Below are positions 39,263-40,854 of a stretch of DNA of 40,854 nt, piece by piece; position 1 is the stretch's first letter; every line of letters begins with the position of its first letter. The DNA lies in the IMG/VR virus record IMGVR_UViG_3300045988_109268. One strand, written 5' to 3'. The DNA comes from a virus. The translations under genes and the position numbers were made by a program. The notes beneath the pieces are model-generated. The model searched no databases. It was given only the letters and a program-made list of their open reading frames with translations, and was not told where the DNA came from.

Positions 39263-39498
39263 TTCTGCCCGAGGATACTACGGATCTCCTCTTCGGATAA
39301 CCCGACGTCCTTCACCAGTGTCTTCTTCACCAATCCGGGCGGAACAGTCTGCCCGTCATGGAAGGCAAAGGTCAACGGTGGACGGCCCTCCGCCTTCATT
39401 CTTTTATGCGAACCATTCGCGCGGTCAATCCCGTATCCCAGACCACGAAGGATACGGAACAGGTCCGAGGCCTTCATCGATGGGTATACGATCGGCAT
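39259..39498 (-). CDS. hicA: HicA-family mRNA interferase toxin
   Basis: 79 aa. SDLFRILRGLGYGIDRANGSHKRM fits the HicA (YcfA) dsRBD-like fold, including the catalytic His context. Confidence 0.8.
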   Translation of the reverse strand: MPIVYPSMKASDLFRILRGLGYGIDRANGSHKRMKAEGRPPLTFAFHDGQTVPPGLVKKTLVKDVGLSEEEIRSILGQK

Positions 39499-39599
39499 GC
39501 GCGATTGCCTTTCGGTTGGTTCAATTCAGCAACAGTCCCATTAAATCACATTAAAACCGGTTAAAACGTGAATCTTCCATTATTAAGCAGGTAATAAAA

Positions 39600-40790
39600 A
39601 TGGCCAACGTCACCAGATACAAGACTAGCAAAGGCGAAACCAGATACCGCGTGAGGTATCGCAAGCCGGACGGCACGCAGACTGACAAGCGTGGATTCAA
39701 GAGAAAAATCGATGCGGAGAATTGGGCGGCGAAAAGGGTCACCACAGCCAAGGCCGAGGGAACGTACATCGACCCGCAGGCCGGCAAGGCGACGGTGGGG
39801 GAGCTGGGGCCCGCCTGGCTGGCCAAGAAGAAGCTCAGCACCAAGCCCAGCCATTACCGTACCCTCGAAGGCGCATGGGAAAAGTGGGTGAAACCGGAAT
39901 GGGGCAACACCCCGGTATCCGCAGTCACCCGCGAGACGACGCAACAATGGGTCACCGGAATCAGCCAGGGCAAGACCGTCAAGGACGAGCGGGGCAACGA
40001 GATAGTGCTCGCCAAACCCCGAAGCGCCAGCGTCGTCCTCCGCGCCCACGGCGTGCTCGCCGGAATATTGGACGACGCGAAGAAAGACCGGCGTATCCCG
40101 GACAATCCCGCGAGGGGCATCGAACTGCCACGCAAGCGCAGGAAGAAGCACGTGTATCTCACCGCCGAACAGCTTGACCGGCTGGCAGGCAGCGTCACCC
40201 CATGGAGACGAGACCTCGTCCTCGTGCTTGGACTATGCGGCATGCGATGGGGCGAACTCATACCCCTGAGGGTGATGGACGTCGATCTTGAAAAGCATCG
40301 TATATATATAGGAGTGAGCGCGCCGATGGTGGGCGGCGTCATCATCCCCGATGACACCAAGACCTACAAGGCCCGCGCCATCATGTACCCGGTCGTGCTG
40401 GACCCGATCATGCGCAGACTGTGCGCAGACCGGAAACCCGGCGACCTGTTGTTCGAACAGCCGGGACGCGAGGGCATGATGATACGCGAGTGGGGTAATG
40501 CGAGCCGCGATGACGGTTGGCTGTCGGTCGGCCTGCGGCGTGCCGGCATACCCGGCCACCTCACAATCCATGACCTGAGGCACACGGCCGCGAGTCTCAT
40601 GGTCAGGGCGGGCGCGAACGTGAAGGCCGTGCAACGGCAGTTGGGGCATAAGAGCGCGGCCATGACGTTGGACGTGTACGCCGACCTTTTCGATGATGAT
40701 CTGGACGAGCTGTCGGAGCGCATGGGTGAGATGCTGGCGCGTGAGAATGTGGGCAAAATGTGGGCAAATGAGGTTTCGAGAGCCGCATAA
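39600..40790 (+). CDS. int: Tyrosine integrase
   Basis: 396 aa. An N-terminal SAM-like/arm-binding region is followed by a catalytic domain with R (GMRWGEL), HDLRHTAAS, and GHKSAAMTLDVYADL (H...Y). It is adjacent to attR. Confidence 0.95.
   Translation: MANVTRYKTSKGETRYRVRYRKPDGTQTDKRGFKRKIDAENWAAKRVTTAKAEGTYIDPQAGKATVGELGPAWLAKKKLSTKPSHYRTLEGAWEKWVKPEWGNTPVSAVTRETTQQWVTGISQGKTVKDERGNEIVLAKPRSASVVLRAHGVLAGILDDAKKDRRIPDNPARGIELPRKRRKKHVYLTAEQLDRLAGSVTPWRRDLVLVLGLCGMRWGELIPLRVMDVDLEKHRIYIGVSAPMVGGVIIPDDTKTYKARAIMYPVVLDPIMRRLCADRKPGDLLFEQPGREGMMIREWGNASRDDGWLSVGLRRAGIPGHLTIHDLRHTAASLMVRAGANVKAVQRQLGHKSAAMTLDVYADLFDDDLDELSERMGEMLARENVGKMWANEVSRAA
40746..40768 (+). repeat. Two tandem 11-bp repeats, candidate arm-type sites (P arm), inside the last codons of int
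   Basis: Identical to 129-151. It encodes ...NVGKMWAN... Confidence 0.55.
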
Positions 40791-40800
40791 TCGAGACGGG

Positions 40801-40820
40801 AGTAGGTCTGAGCGGCTTTT
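40801..40820 (+). repeat. 20-nt block AGTAGGTCTGAGCGGCTTTT (copy of 65-84) that may also act as the int terminator 3' arm
   Basis: 19/20 identity. AGCCGC...GCGGCT pairing is followed by TTTTCT. Confidence 0.5.
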
Positions 40821-40827
40821 CTCCGTA

Positions 40828-40854
40828 GGGTTCGAGTCCCACCGGAGGCACCTT
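40828..40854 (+). repeat. attR core (displaced copy of the tRNA 3' end)
   Basis: Identical to 1-27. The preceding bases (CTCCGTA) do not complete a T-stem, so this copy is not a functional tRNA end. Confidence 0.85.

Larger units (their letters stand above)
1..40854. mobile_element. Complete integrated temperate prophage (siphovirus-type, HK97-fold capsid) bounded by attL/attR
   Basis: Identical 27-bp direct repeats lie at both window ends. An integrase sits next to the right repeat. Lysogeny, replication, packaging, head, tail and lysis modules are all present in canonical order. Confidence 0.9.

Overview
The window is one complete temperate siphovirus-type prophage of about 40.8 kb. The host is a high-GC Gram-positive bacterium, actinobacterial and Bifidobacterium-like by inference only. 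Identical 27-bp direct repeats at 1-27 and 40828-40854 bound the element. They match the T-arm/acceptor 3' end of a tRNA gene, so they are attL and attR.

Gene order from the right end:
- Tyrosine integrase (39600-40790, + strand).
- A visibly more AT-rich accessory block: hicA-hicB plus a third coupled ORF, and a 333-aa membrane protein.
- An XRE repressor with an ImmA-type metalloprotease (+ strand), divergent from a Cro-like gene across palindromic operators.
- A leftward early operon (minus strand): double Lar-like protein, small membrane protein, Xis/HTH, SSB, ParB-like protein, replication initiator with in-gene iterons, DEDDh exonuclease, two HNH endonucleases, many small ATGA-coupled ORFs, a Zn-ribbon/HTH protein, a tRNA-Trp and an adjacent 111-nt tRNA-like element, and a PrimPol-like / PAPS-reductase-like / duplicated-domain trio.
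- A terminator, followed by the late operon: two tiny SD-preceded ORFs, TerS, TerL, portal, MuF-like protein, scaffold, HK97-type capsid, connectors, major tail, G/G-T chaperones with a canonical -1 slippery site, tape measure, Dit, a 1608-aa Tal/fibre, three tandem paralogous tip proteins, and lysis genes.

Observations most worth a second look:
- A poly-G(8) tract breaks the conserved C-terminus of one of the three paralogous tail-tip proteins.
- hicA, hicB and a third ORF are arranged as a tripartite, toxin-antitoxin-chaperone-like operon.
- A non-canonical 111-nt tRNA-like gene lies 1 nt from a phage tRNA-Trp.
- A conserved GC hairpin preceded by a CA-rich tract occurs twice in the early operon.
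- A 12-bp helix sequesters the SD of a putative regulator gene.
- Phased repeat arrays flank the att core, and one pair lies inside the 3' end of int.

All functional calls rest on motif recognition by eye. No database search or folding program was run.
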